From assembly GCA_051294375.1 (NCBI GenBank), contig CM119271.1:8918120-8982119 (forward strand): a DNA stretch of 64,000 nucleotides, given 5' to 3'. The notes under the pieces are model-generated. The model was not told where the DNA came from. It saw nothing but the letters and a program-made list of their open reading frames with translations, and did no database searches. Each line of letters opens with the position of its first letter. Within the stretch, counting starts at the first letter, position 1. Both the position numbers and the translations under genes were made by a program. The DNA comes from Paraspadella gotoi (Eukaryota; Animalia; Chaetognatha). Shown in pieces: positions 1 through 12,400 of this stretch.

Positions 1-1346
1 CAATCATATCTCTGTACTGGCTATTTTTTATTTAAATTTCGTTTTAAATTGACGGTAAAACAAAATATGGGTAACGATAACTTAAAATTTTTGTATATAC
101 GTATTCAGAACAGTATTTTTGGGGGGGATTTACGTATGCATTAAAATGAATCTCTCAACAGTCAACACCGTTTGTATTGGGGTCGTTGTCGTTATTAATT
201 TATTATGTAACACTGTTTTTTATGCCGTCTTTAGAATCATATTCAGTCGCTCATTATCACAAATACCGCAGGAACCCGTCGTTCCGCTTCTATTGTTCTT
301 AACTTATTGACAATTTTTTTTGTTTTCTTTTCTTGATCTGTTTTCATTTTTTTGATAAATTAAGATGAAAAATCGAAAAAAAGGTATTCCATAGTCGCAA
401 TTTCGATTAAAAAGCCATGATTTAAAAAAAAATAATGATATATGTTTATGATTTATTACAATATTGAAATATCCTTCAATATTTTTCTATTCAATAATAA
501 GTAATTGAAATGAAGTTTTCATTTACGTATTTAAATGTAATAGAAGACCAGAGAGTGTCCCATTAAGTGGCGGTTAGCCGCTGGTAGAAACGAATACTTA
601 ATATACTCCTCATGCATCATACCGTATTTATTCTGTCAATCATCGGCGTGTATTCGAAGAAAAAAAAAATTAAATCTTTTATTCCCATCAGGCAACGAAA
701 GAATTTCCCCCCTTATGGGTTCGGCCCTCTCCCTTTGAGACAGCGACGAGCGCCTGCATGGCCCCTGGAGTGTGTGCTCTGCGTCGGTAGAGAGAGATCG
801 TCGAGAGAGCGAGAGAGAGCGTGCGAGAGAGAAAGACCAGGCGTGGTTCGCATCAAGGGAGTGTTCCCGGTTAACGCCGCGCGGTGAAGCGTAGCGTGTT
901 CCGGAAAGAAAGCGAGAGAGAGAGAGACAAGAGACGAGCAGAAAAAAGGGAAAGACTTTCCACGGTCTCTCGGCTGCCACGGGATTCTCATTCCTTCATT
1001 CAGCCGGCGAGGGATCTTCCTTTCCTCTCTCTCTCTCTCGGTTCGAGCCTCTTCGTGGGAGGAGATTCCCGATTTCCCTTTGGGAGGAGCTTTTCGTCTT
1101 CGCGATCTCGCGATCGTTTAGCGTCGAATTTTAAAAAAAATATATATATAATAACAAAAAAACAATCTTTTGTTTTCCTCTTTGAGAGGAAAACAAATAA
1201 TCTGATGACTCAAAATTAAAAACGGAGAAAGTAGGGAAAATCTTTTGACAACAAAAAAAATAAATTTAAAAAAAATCGCATTTTAAACAAAGAAAAGCGA
1301 TGGAGCCGGAAAAAAGGTTTTCCCGCGGCGGCATCGCAGAGCACCC

Positions 1347-4300
1347 ATGGATGAAGTAAAACCGGAGAAGGGAATCCAACCTGAAGTAACGTCTCCTGCT
1401 GTCGTCGTTCGTCCCCCGCTTGAGCCGACGGCCGAACACCCCCTAGTAGACCCCGTTCAGTCTCAAGTGTCCGCTGGATCGGTCGACACCGGAGCCGTAC
1501 GGGCTAGCAGTCCGGGTCAGTTTTGAATTGTTGCAGGGATGGAAAGAAATTCGTCCACAAAAGCTTTGATTTTATTTAACCTTCAACTATTTCGATTTTA
1601 GGCATAGGTCAGCACTCTCCTCATTCGGGAACGAGCCACTATACTGGATATCTACCTCAATTGCACAACGAAAATAGCATTTCACCAGCAAATCCTCAAG
1701 CAACTCCTCAAAACGGTCAACACGGAAACTTGCCGCAAATCACGTTCGGCCCACAAACCGAAAGTCACACAAATAACACGGGATCAGGTCACAACCCAGG
1801 ACCAGTCGACTCAGAATCAGGTCTTTGGTTAGGAGATTGAGGATGTGTTTATTTATGTTTGTTATTGTCATAATTGTTATTTTTAATAATATGAAACATT
1901 TATAATAACATTGATTTGCAGGAATCGTTGTTCAAGGTCACGACCAGGTTCGTCAAATGGAGACTAGGCTGGTGGTGGCTGAACAATCTAATAGGGCGCT
2001 TCTGGACGAAGTCCTTCGACTTCAAGGACAACTCCAGAGCGCCGTCAGAGCTTCCCAGGATGCCCTGGCAGCGGAAAGAAAGTCGAGGGATCAGCTGGAG
2101 GCTGTCCTCATCAGCATCAAAGAGAGCGTGGCCCAGCTTTCATCTCGTCTGGAGCGGGCTGAGGGTACGACCCAACTGGATCGTTCCTCGCTGGCCGCAG
2201 TCGTCAACCAGGCAAAAGCGCTGGAGCAAACCCTCATTCAGACCCATGGCGAACTGAAGGGGAATCAGAGCCAGCAAAGTGCCCAGTTACAAGAGATGCG
2301 AGCCGAGTTGAACGAAATGAACGCGACGCACAATCGCATGGAATCATTGGTTTACAATCTGGCAGACGACCTGAGGGAACTCAGAGCTGCGGCCAACATG
2401 CAGTTCATGCAATTCCAAACCACCACCGCCGAGCTCAAGCAGAAGACTGACAAGATCAGTCACGACAACAAAAAAGTGGCAGAGAAGATCCGGGCCCATC
2501 AGGACACGGCTGCCCAGAGCGAAGTCAACACGGCGAATCTACGCATACAAGTTGAAGCGCGGTTGTCCGAACTAAGCCGTGCCTTGCTGGACCTAAATGC
2601 CAAGGTGGAGAATTCCATACAGAAGCAGAACCTGCTCGAGCAGACAGTTGTTGACAGGTTGGGCGACGTTCAAGCCACACTCAAGGAGCAGCACGGCAGA
2701 GTCGAAGACACAGAGGATTACATCAAGTCTCACCTGAATAAGGAGAGGGGCAGCGTCGAAGCCGACCGGTTGGCGCTCAGATCCGAGGTCCAGCGCCTCC
2801 AGGAACACACGTCCGGTCAGTTGCAGGAGGTGGAACAAAAGCTTCAGGAGGGTCTCGATAAGCGGATGGATCTCCTCGAAAAGGAGGTCGGGAACCACAT
2901 GGGGCAATTGCAGGTGGTCGAGGCTCAGTTCCAACGCGTCCTCAAAGACCACGAAAACGATGTCGAGACAAGGATGGAGGAGGACATCGCCGCCCTCCGT
3001 ACCGAGTACCAGGAGGGCCATCAACGCCATCACACCATGCTGGCAAAGATCAACGAAGGGTTGAACCTGTTGGAAGAGCAATTTTGCGAGTCCCGGCGGC
3101 AGCTGGAACGCGTCGTGGCGGCGGAGATCAAGGAGCGCCAGCAGAGGGACGTCTGGAGCCGCCAGCAGCTGGAGGGCGTGCAGGAGCGGCTCCGCCTCAG
3201 CGTGGCCACCCTGCAGAGTTCCATCGGGACGCTGGCCTCCGATGTGGCCGAGACCAAGAAGAAACAGCACGAGGCGATGATGGACATCGTGGCCAACCAG
3301 TCGACGTCCGTCGGCCACACGCTCGTCGACCTCGATTCGCGCGTCGAGAACCTGACGATGCGGTTGCAGGAGTCCGAGTCTGTCCTGCAGAACCGCATAT
3401 CCGGGTTGTCGTCGGCGTCTTCCATGAGCGAAGTCGCCGACCTCCTCTCGAACCTCAACGCGAGGGTCGCCTCGCTCACCCAGTGGCAAGACGTCACGCA
3501 GCAAGCCATCACCAGGTCCGCGCGGCTCTCGGTTTCATTTGTTTCATTACATTCAATATATGCTTTTAAATTTAAATTTCATATTGTGAACAGCTTCCGG
3601 GAAAGAATGGCGATCATTTCCGGCGACATGTCGGACCTCCAGAGCAAATTGACCAACGCTCAAGTGGACGTAAACAACCGTTTGAGCGGCGAGGCGCTTC
3701 AAAGGGCCGAGGACTTCTCCCGCTTCCAGGCATCGTTGGAGCAAGTCCAGATGGTCGCGAATAGCAGCGTCTCGGAGCAAAAGGTTCATGACGTTTGAAA
3801 AAGTTTCGGGTTTTAAGGACCATCTTGTTGTTAGAGATGTTCGGTAATTGATTCTTTGCTGTTTTCAGGCCGCCAGAGACACGATGAAGAAGATCGCGGG
3901 ATCTCTGCACAACTTCAAGAACATCATCAACAACAAGCTTCAAACGGAGACGACGCAACGCGCGGAATGCGTCAGCGCCTTGGAGGACGACATCAAGGCG
4001 CTCGAAGAAGAGTTGAGCAAGATCAAGGCGCAGTATGACGAACAGTTTGAAACGCCTCGACTCTCCGCGCACGGCGTTGGATCGGGTAAGTCGAAGGAGA
4101 TTGCAAAGGGATGTAACGAGCTGATCTTAAAAGTTTTATTGCCACCCCAGGATATTCAGTGTTGGGCAGTTTCGCGGCGTCGACGCGAGATCCCACGAGC
4201 CTTCGCGACGACGGCGGCGTTGGCGGCGACAAGGGTCAGCAGCAGCAGCCGCCTCCGCCGCCGCCCAAACCGAGGAAAAGCTCCGCCTCGCCCAAGCGAA

Positions 4301-4967
4301 AGGAAGAGAGGAAAGAGAGAGAAGCCCGTGAGGGCAAAGGCGGTAAAAGCTCTTCCTCCAACGGCACTAGCAGCGACGAGAAGCCCTCGGGGGATCCGGG
4401 GAAGAAGACTTCACCCATTCCAACTTCGGCCAAGACCCTCCCATCGAGGTGAAGATAATGGATCGGATGAAAAATAAGACAAAACGGATACTTTTATTCT
4501 CATTTAATCAATATTTTTCCTCGGACAGCACGCCCAAGAGCCTGCCGGAAAAACCTTCGGCCAAGACGCTTCCCCTGCCGACTTCTGGTGAGGAAAAGGC
4601 GTCGAAGAAAACCCCGACGCCTCCACCATCGTCGTCCGAACCAGGATCCAAAAAGGCCCCGCCGCCCGTCGCCAAGAAACCCGTCAAGAAGATGCCGTCC
4701 GGCGACGACAAGTCAGCCCTTCCTCCCGCGGTCACCGCGGCGGAATCACAACAACAACCGCAGCAACAAACGCAACAGCAACAGCAGCAGGGCGCGACGG
4801 GGGTTGAAAAAGAGGAGGAGGAGGAGGAGAAGGAGGCCGTGGCCAAGGAGGTGGCGGGAGACGCGTCGGAAAAAGCCGGATCCAAAGTGGCGGACGTACC
4901 GACTGAAGCCAAACCCGGAGGCGGCTTGCTTCAATCCGAGAAGGATGACACGAAGGAGCAGTTTTAA
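1347..4967 (+). CDS. Multi-exon long coiled-coil protein (possibly CCDC154/FAM81-like) with Pro/Lys/Ser/Glu-rich C-terminal tail
   Basis: ATG 1347; exons 1347-1515, 1602-1820, 1922-3515, 3594-3783, then further exons to stop 4967, joined by GT-AG introns that keep frame; ~600 aa of heptad-rich sequence (METRLVVAEQSNRALLDEVLRLQGQL...). The family guess is weak. Confidence 0.7.
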
Positions 4968-6463
4968 AAAGATAAGGGGGCGTCGTTTATATGCGAGTCA
5001 AAAAAAAAAAGCTTCTTTGTTTAATTCAGTACGTCAAGTGTTAAGGTAATTTGGTCTTCCGGAGTGGAATGATATTAATTCAAAAACATTTAGGAATGGC
5101 CGTTTATGAATTACGGCTTGGAAATATATTAAAAATAAATAAAAAGTTACTTTACGAGCATGAGTAAATAATATGTAGCTAGAAGAGGAATAATATTAAA
5201 AAAATTCTCAGCATTTTACTCACCTTTTAGGATTCGAGTTAGTCTCGTCATATGTGTATTTCAATTAAACATCAGTGTTTTTCTAATCAATTCGTTTTTC
5301 GGAGAAGTGGCAATAGGTTTTTAGAATCATATATTAACGTGTTTAAATATTATTCGACATATGTATGACTTAAGTAACTCATAAATCCAATTTACAATCT
5401 CCCAACGATATCTTTATACTTTTGTCCAGTATGACCCATGGATCTCATTTTAGTCGGCGCTATCCGATTGTAAAACAATGCAATGGATGTTGCAAGATTT
5501 TTGTTCTACTTTTAGTCATCGACGGCTTTTATCGCCCTTGTTACGCTCCAAATTTGTTTTATTTATTGCCGCAATTTTTTTTTGTTCTAACCCGACAATC
5601 AGTAATTCGTTTTCAAGAAATATGTACTTGTGAAAAAAAAAAGCCGAAACCTATTTCCTTTTTCATTTTTGTTTAATTTTTCCTTCCAATATGGAAGAAT
5701 CAAAATGAATTGGAATAAAGCGTTTCGCAATTCTTTACATCCATAAAATCTAAACAATAAACATCTTTAAAAATCTGTACCCAAGCATGTCAAGATCAGG
5801 TTTAGTTATCCAACCGTGTAACTTCTATACATTTTACTCCGTAGTTTATAGCCTTTTTCGCTCAGTTGATTTATAGAAATTACTTTTGTTTCGTTATTTA
5901 TTTTATTGGCTCCCTTCTTTACAGGAGGGTTGTTTAATTCATATTCAATACTCCACATAGTTTTCAATCTCATTATTGTCTTTTTGACCGTCTTAACCAA
6001 ATTTGAAAATTACTCTTTCTCCCGTCTGAGGCAACTGGGTCCGGGAGACTCTTGAGATGAGATTTTCGTATCGTAAACTCTCCAACCAAAAAATACAAAA
6101 ATAGTCTCTTCTCCTCTGTTTCTCTCATTGGCGTCGCAATGAAATCTGCATGAATAAAGTCGACGTCAAAATCTAATGTTTTTCTTTCTTTGGTTGTTTT
6201 ATTATTTTTTTTTTGTTCCAGGCTTTTTTTCAGTTTTTTAAATTTTTATAGTTTTTATTTTAAACAAAAATACGTGCCACTATTACTACATAAAGGTATT
6301 GATAAGTGTATGTTCCACCTCTTTTTTGTTGAAAACAGATTTTTGTGTAAAGTAGAACGAGGAGATATAGAAAAAAAAACAACGGTTCGCAACTGACGAT
6401 GTATTGAGTTTTTAAACGAAAACCAGGAGAGAGAGTGATACCGTTACGTCCCTGTGGTTGAAA

Positions 6464-9400
6464 ATGACGTCGTCGAACGACATGGCGCTACCTTCGTTTC
6501 CGGTCGCCGGACTAATGCCAAAATCGGAGACGGGAGCCGCGTCGTTTCTAGTCAAGTAAGTCCTATAAAATTATTCTTAAAATCATCTTGTTTTTACGCT
6601 ACACCTTAACCGACTGCAGATATCCAGAATACGACGGTCGCGGCATCGTCATCGCCATACTCGACACAGGCGTTGACCCGGGAGCGCCCGGCCTTCAAAA
6701 AACCTCTGACGGACGACCCAAGATCGTGGACATTATCGACGCCACCGGATCAGGCGACGTCGACACCTCCCACGTGGCCGACGTCGATGCCGAAGGGTTT
6801 CTTACCACGTTGACGGGACGCAAGTTGAAGATTCCGGAGGTATTTCATATTAATTTAATCAGATGTTGATGTTGTTATATAACTGGAAAATTAGCTTGAC
6901 ATACCTCTTTTTATAGAATTGGCCGAAAAACTCGGACGGGAACCGGTACCATCTCGGCGTCAAGCCTTTGTTCGACCTTTATCCGAAATGCTTGAAGGAG
7001 CGCATCCGCAAAGAGCGCAAGGAGAAGCTGTGGGACCCGGACCACCGCAGGGCCACGGCCGAAGCCACCAGACTGCTCGACGAGTTTGAAACCGGCAAGA
7101 AGGGGGACGAAGATCTCTTCCTCCACGGCCTCCACAAGGAAGACCTTCAGGCCCGCCTGGAGATCCTCGCCACCCTAGAGAAAAAGTTTGAAGACCTGGG
7201 ACCTGTCTACGACTGCGTGGTCTTCCGTTCGGAGGAACACGACGGCGCCTGGCGCGCGGCGCTCATTTGCGAGGAGGAGAGTTTCGAAGAGGTCAAACTT
7301 TTGGCGCCATTTTCCGAGACTCACGAATGGGGCACCTTTTCATCCTCCGACCTGCTCAATTACTCGGTCCATGTGCGCAACGGCGGGAATTTGCTGGAGG
7401 TCGTCGCCAATGCCGGCTCTCACGGCACTCACGTGAGTGAAGGGGCAAACTCGAAGGAATTGTAGCAGATTAATTTGTGATTTAGCTGAAATCACTAATT
7501 GAATATCCACTGAATCTATTTTAACCGATGTCATGTATAATCAGGGTAACTATTTTCACACAGAGATATCCCTCTGTTAGACCCCAGCTCGAAAGCTAAT
7601 TCTCTATCTTTTACCTCGTATAGCACAAAGATTAAAAGACGATAATATATTTAGAAACAAATATAAGGGAAAATATGTAAACTGCTTTATCGTATTTACC
7701 CTTCATTTATGAATTAACTTGAAATCCATATTAGAGTGGAGCACTCAAGAACAAAAAATTTATTTGAATGATCGAACAATGATATTTAGATGTGGAGATA
7801 GTATGATTAACTAGTACAAAAAATATTTTGTTCATATTATCTCGGGAACAGAATAGTAAATATAATATATTTGTAGTAATATCCTTATAAAATAGTAAAT
7901 TTTAAAATAATTTTTATAAAACTTTTATTAAAGATTCAGATTCTTTCATAAAAAGTTGAATCAAAAATATAAAACATGTTATAAAAAAAATTCTGTCATC
8001 TTCAATGTTAAAATAGGAAAAAAGGTAAAAATTCCTGACTTTTTTATTCTCTGTAGTAGAACTTATATATTTTAAAACGTTTTAGTCATTTTTGTGATCT
8101 AAACATTAAAATATCATATAACATATTTTATAAAAGTTTCTTAGTTTTTTACAGCGAATCCAAATCAGTTCTTAAAAATATAAAAAAAATTATTTTGAAA
8201 TTTGATGATTTTATAAGAATATTACTACATAAATAATTGATTTGCTATACTGTTATGCTAAAAAAAATTTTAAAAAGATTTAAAATTCATTAATTATATG
8301 TCCATAAGCAGCAAAAAAATAATGTTCAATCACTCAATCTTTTCATCACTCCACCCTAATCCATATTCGTTCGTTTCCAGGTGGCGGGCATCGCGGCCGG
8401 ATACTTTCCCGACGCCCCGGAGAAGAACGGCGTCGCTCCCGGCGCTCAAATCGTCTCCATCAAAATCGGCGATACTCGCCTCGTTTCCATGGAGACGGGA
8501 AGCGCCCTGGTTCGAGCCATGATTCACGTTATCAACCTGGGTTGTCATCTCGTGAATTACAGGTTTGTAGTCCGGTTTGACTGTCGAGAATTAATTTTAA
8601 TTTTAATACGTAATATTTTAAGGAAAACGAGTAATTTTAAAAACAATTATTTTTGCCCAGTTACGGAGAGCCCTCTCACTGGCCCAACTGTGGGCGCATC
8701 TGCGACATCATAACCGAAGCCGTCAATAAACACGGCGTCATCTTCGTTTCTTCTGCGGGAAACAACGGACCCGCGCTGAGCACACTTGGAACGCCGGGCG
8801 GAACCACTACCGCCATCATCGGCGTCGGTGCCTACGTCTCTCCGTCAATGATGGTGAGAAAAGTAAAAAAGGGGGTAAAAAGTTTATCACGAAAAAAAAT
8901 TTTAAAAATCTTTTTTCTCAGTTCGCCGAGTATTCTCTTCGCGAGGGATTGCCCGGCCTCCAGTACACCTGGTCCTCCCGTGGACCCACCACCGACGGCG
9001 CTCTCGGCGTCTCGATCTCAGCCCCGGGCGGCGCTATCGCTTCCGTCCCCAATTGGACACTTCGCGGCTGTCAACTTATGAACGGGACTTCCATGTCCTC
9101 GCCCAACGCGTGCGGTGGGATCGCGTTAGTTCTTTCCGCTCTCAAAGCCGGCGGCATCGAGTGGTCGCCCGCCAGCATCCGACGATCCTTGGAGAACACT
9201 TGCGCCAAGATCCCTGGCGCGGAGCCTTTCGCTCAAGGATACGGGATGATCCAAATAGAGGATACGTGGAAGCACGCCGCCGCCGTCGAGCAAACCCTCG
9301 AGAGGTGTATCAAGTTCGACGTCACCTGCAGCGGTGGTCACGGAACGAGAGGGGTTTTGCTGAGGGAAATGCACCAGCTGGTCGCGGTGAGTGTTAGTTA

Positions 9401-12400
9401 ATGAATTGAAGAATGGACACGGACAGTTTATGAATGAATGCAAAAATTTTGTATGTTTTTTTATTGATTAATTAATTCACTAATAAACCACAGACATTGG
9501 CGTTTATAGTTTAGCTACTTAGTCTTATTATAATAAAACCGTTTCTGCCAGCCCGTCGACGTGACTGTGACGGTGGAGCCTTCGTTCCTGGAGTCTTGCA
9601 AACCGAATCCGCAGGCCAAGATTTCGCTGAGCATTCGCGCCGGTTTGACGTGCGACGCCTCTTGGGTTTCCGCGCCCACCCATCTCGTTCTCATGAACGC
9701 CTCTAGAGTGTGAGCTTAAGATGATTCATTTCCTTTTTATTGCTTCTATTATTCATCCTTCCATTCTTTAAACTCTTCTACCTAATTGTTTTGAAATCCC
9801 TCAGCATATCTCTGCGCATCGACTCCCGCGCCCTGCCGGAGGGCGTGCACTACACGGAATTGTTGGCCTTCGATCTGAGCAAGCCGGATCGCGGCCCTCT
9901 CTTTCGCGTGCCGATAACGGTGATCAAACCCATAGTCGTCAACGCCCAGACGTCGTTCTCTTTCGAGGAGAAGAGCCTCGAATTTAAGCCCGGTTGGTTG
10001 ACTCATGTTTCTGTTTTCAGATGAACATGAGGAACCATTTACCTTCTTTTCTTTGAAGGTCAAATCCATCGACGATTCTTCCACGTCCCAAAAGGCGCCT
10101 CCTGGGCGACGTTAGAGACAACATCGGAATCTCCCGACATTAACGGCCGCTTCCTCATCCACGCCATACAGATTCAAAATCAAAGAAATTACCGGCAAGT
10201 CAATTGTCTGTTTTATTTGTTTGTGTCCAATTCTTCTTAATAGACTTTATTAATTGCAATTTTTTTTTTTTTTACGGCTTAATGTTTATTGTTTATCCTT
10301 CTTTTCACTCTCCAGGGCCTACGAGTTCGAAAAATTCGTGACCATCGCCTCCAAGACGGAAACGAAAAACGTCTTCCGCGTCAAGGCCGAGTCAACCCTC
10401 GAACTGGTCGTCGCAAAGTGGTGGGCTAACCTGGGAGTCGTCTCGATCAGCTGGCGCCTGGTCTTCGGCGGATTCGAGCTCAGTACCGAAGCGCCCTGCA
10501 TGCTGCCGGCCGAGGGAGTCTTTCGTTTGGACGTCCGCAGCGTCCTCAAGCCGGAGGAATTGGCGCCGGCGGTTTCCCTCAAGCACCACTCTCAACCGCT
10601 GCGCCCGGTAGAGTCAAAGCTGAGATCCCTCAATGGTCCTCGAGATTTGCTTCCCGACGGCAGGCAGATCTACGAGATGGTGCTTGGCTATAACTTGCAC
10701 CAGCACAAGGCGGGCGAGGTGAGTGAAACAATTCCGTTGTGAGGATTTGTCGCAGATGAGTACAAGTGTAAAATCTGCTGCATGAGCGTCGCATCCGTAA
10801 CACAAGACGAGGGGGCTTTTTCTGTGTGGGGGGGGAGAAATTAATGACGACGTGCAAAATGAAATGGGCAGTCGTCCAATACTAAAGAAATAAATCAGAA
10901 AAATCTTGTGTCAGAAGTCAGATCAGATTAGATAATTTATTTGAACCCGCATCTATTTCTTGGAATTGAATTCGCGAGCAAACAAAGTCAAAGAGCGACT
11001 TTATTCCTCAATTTTTACTGAATATTTCTTTCGCGGCGAACCAAAGAATCGCTTAATCAGTTAATCCTTTTGTTTTAACTAAATTATTACTAATAATCCC
11101 CTCGTTCTTTCGTTCCAGGTCACCCCCGACTTCTCTTATCTCAGCGACACACTCTACGAGGCCGATTTCGAGTCGCAAATGTGGATGCTCTTCGACAAGG
11201 ACAAACGCCTCCTTGCCTCCGGCGACGCTTATCCTCATCAGTACGCATGCAAGTTGGAGAAGGGCGAATACGTCGTCCGCGTCCAGATCCGCCACGAGTC
11301 TCGCGAAGCTCTCGAAAAGCTCAAGGACGCCCCGCTGATCGTCCATCACAAACTCGCGTCTCCGCTGACCCTCGACTTTTACGCCCACAAAAACAACGCC
11401 GTCGTCGCGGGCGGGAAGAAGTTCGCCTCAACCGTCGTGGGCCGAGGCTGCGAGACGGCGCTCTACTGCGCCCCGCTGCCCGAAGACAAATTGCCCAAAA
11501 CCTGCGGAGCGGGCCATTTTTTGACGGGCTCGTTGACTCTGGCCAAAGACGAGGCGATTAAAAAAGTCGTCACGTTTCCCTTCAAATACGTTTTGTCCGA
11601 GTTGGCGAAGAAGTCCATCGCGAAAGCATCGAAGGCGGCTGCTAACGTGGAAGCGGTCGCCGAAGACGGAGGCCCGGACGAGAAGACGGAGCGAGAGTTT
11701 CTTAACGCCGTTAGAGATTTAAAGATTCAGGTTAGGGACTTGGGGGGGCGGGGGATGGATGGTGTCGATTTCGGTCTTCTTTTAAAGATCGTTGTCTCGT
11801 TCAGTGGATCGCTAAATTGGGCGCTGATAATCCCCTGTTGGAGAATCTCAGCGAAGAGTGCGTGGACCACCTGCAATATCAAGTGACGCTTTTGCACAAT
11901 CTCGACGCCGTCAAAGACGCGAATCGGCATCAGTTAAAAACGATAGTCGATCAGGCCGATAAGGTGATAAACCTGGTCAACCACACCGAGATTCTGAGGA
12001 CTGAGGGTGAGTAATACGCTTGGGTAGTGGTTGTGATTGTTTATTCTATCATGTTGTTCTTCCCCACCAACAAAGTGAGCATCCTGCCTCAAACGCGACA
12101 TCTCCCAAGAGAAAACGAAGAGGAAACCTCCTCTTCCCCGCCTTCTCTTCCCCCTCCCGTACGCTACTCAGTACGCCGACACGAGACAGAATCACTTCTT
12201 CTGTTCGCGCTTGCGCTCAGTCTCCCGGCTTTTTTACGAAAAATATTTTTGATTATTTTTGTTGAAATAATTTTGCATATTTTTCGCCATTTCGCCGTTC
12301 TTCGTCGGTCTTCGGTTTGTTCGCCACACTTGGAGTGCGTTCTTTTGGGGGCCTCTTCGGCGGATCGGCCTTCACGCTCCGAGCGGGTAGCTGCGCACGC

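Noticed and set aside
612-1219. Short overlapping ORFs upstream of the first gene
   Set aside because: GA/CT-rich promoter or UTR-like DNA with no coding signature; an X-box-like GTTCCCGGTTAAC at ~863 is too weak a match to call.
1202-1230. CTGATGA hammerhead or box C-like motif (also at ~20417)
   Set aside because: No flanking stems, correctly placed GAAA core or box D partner.
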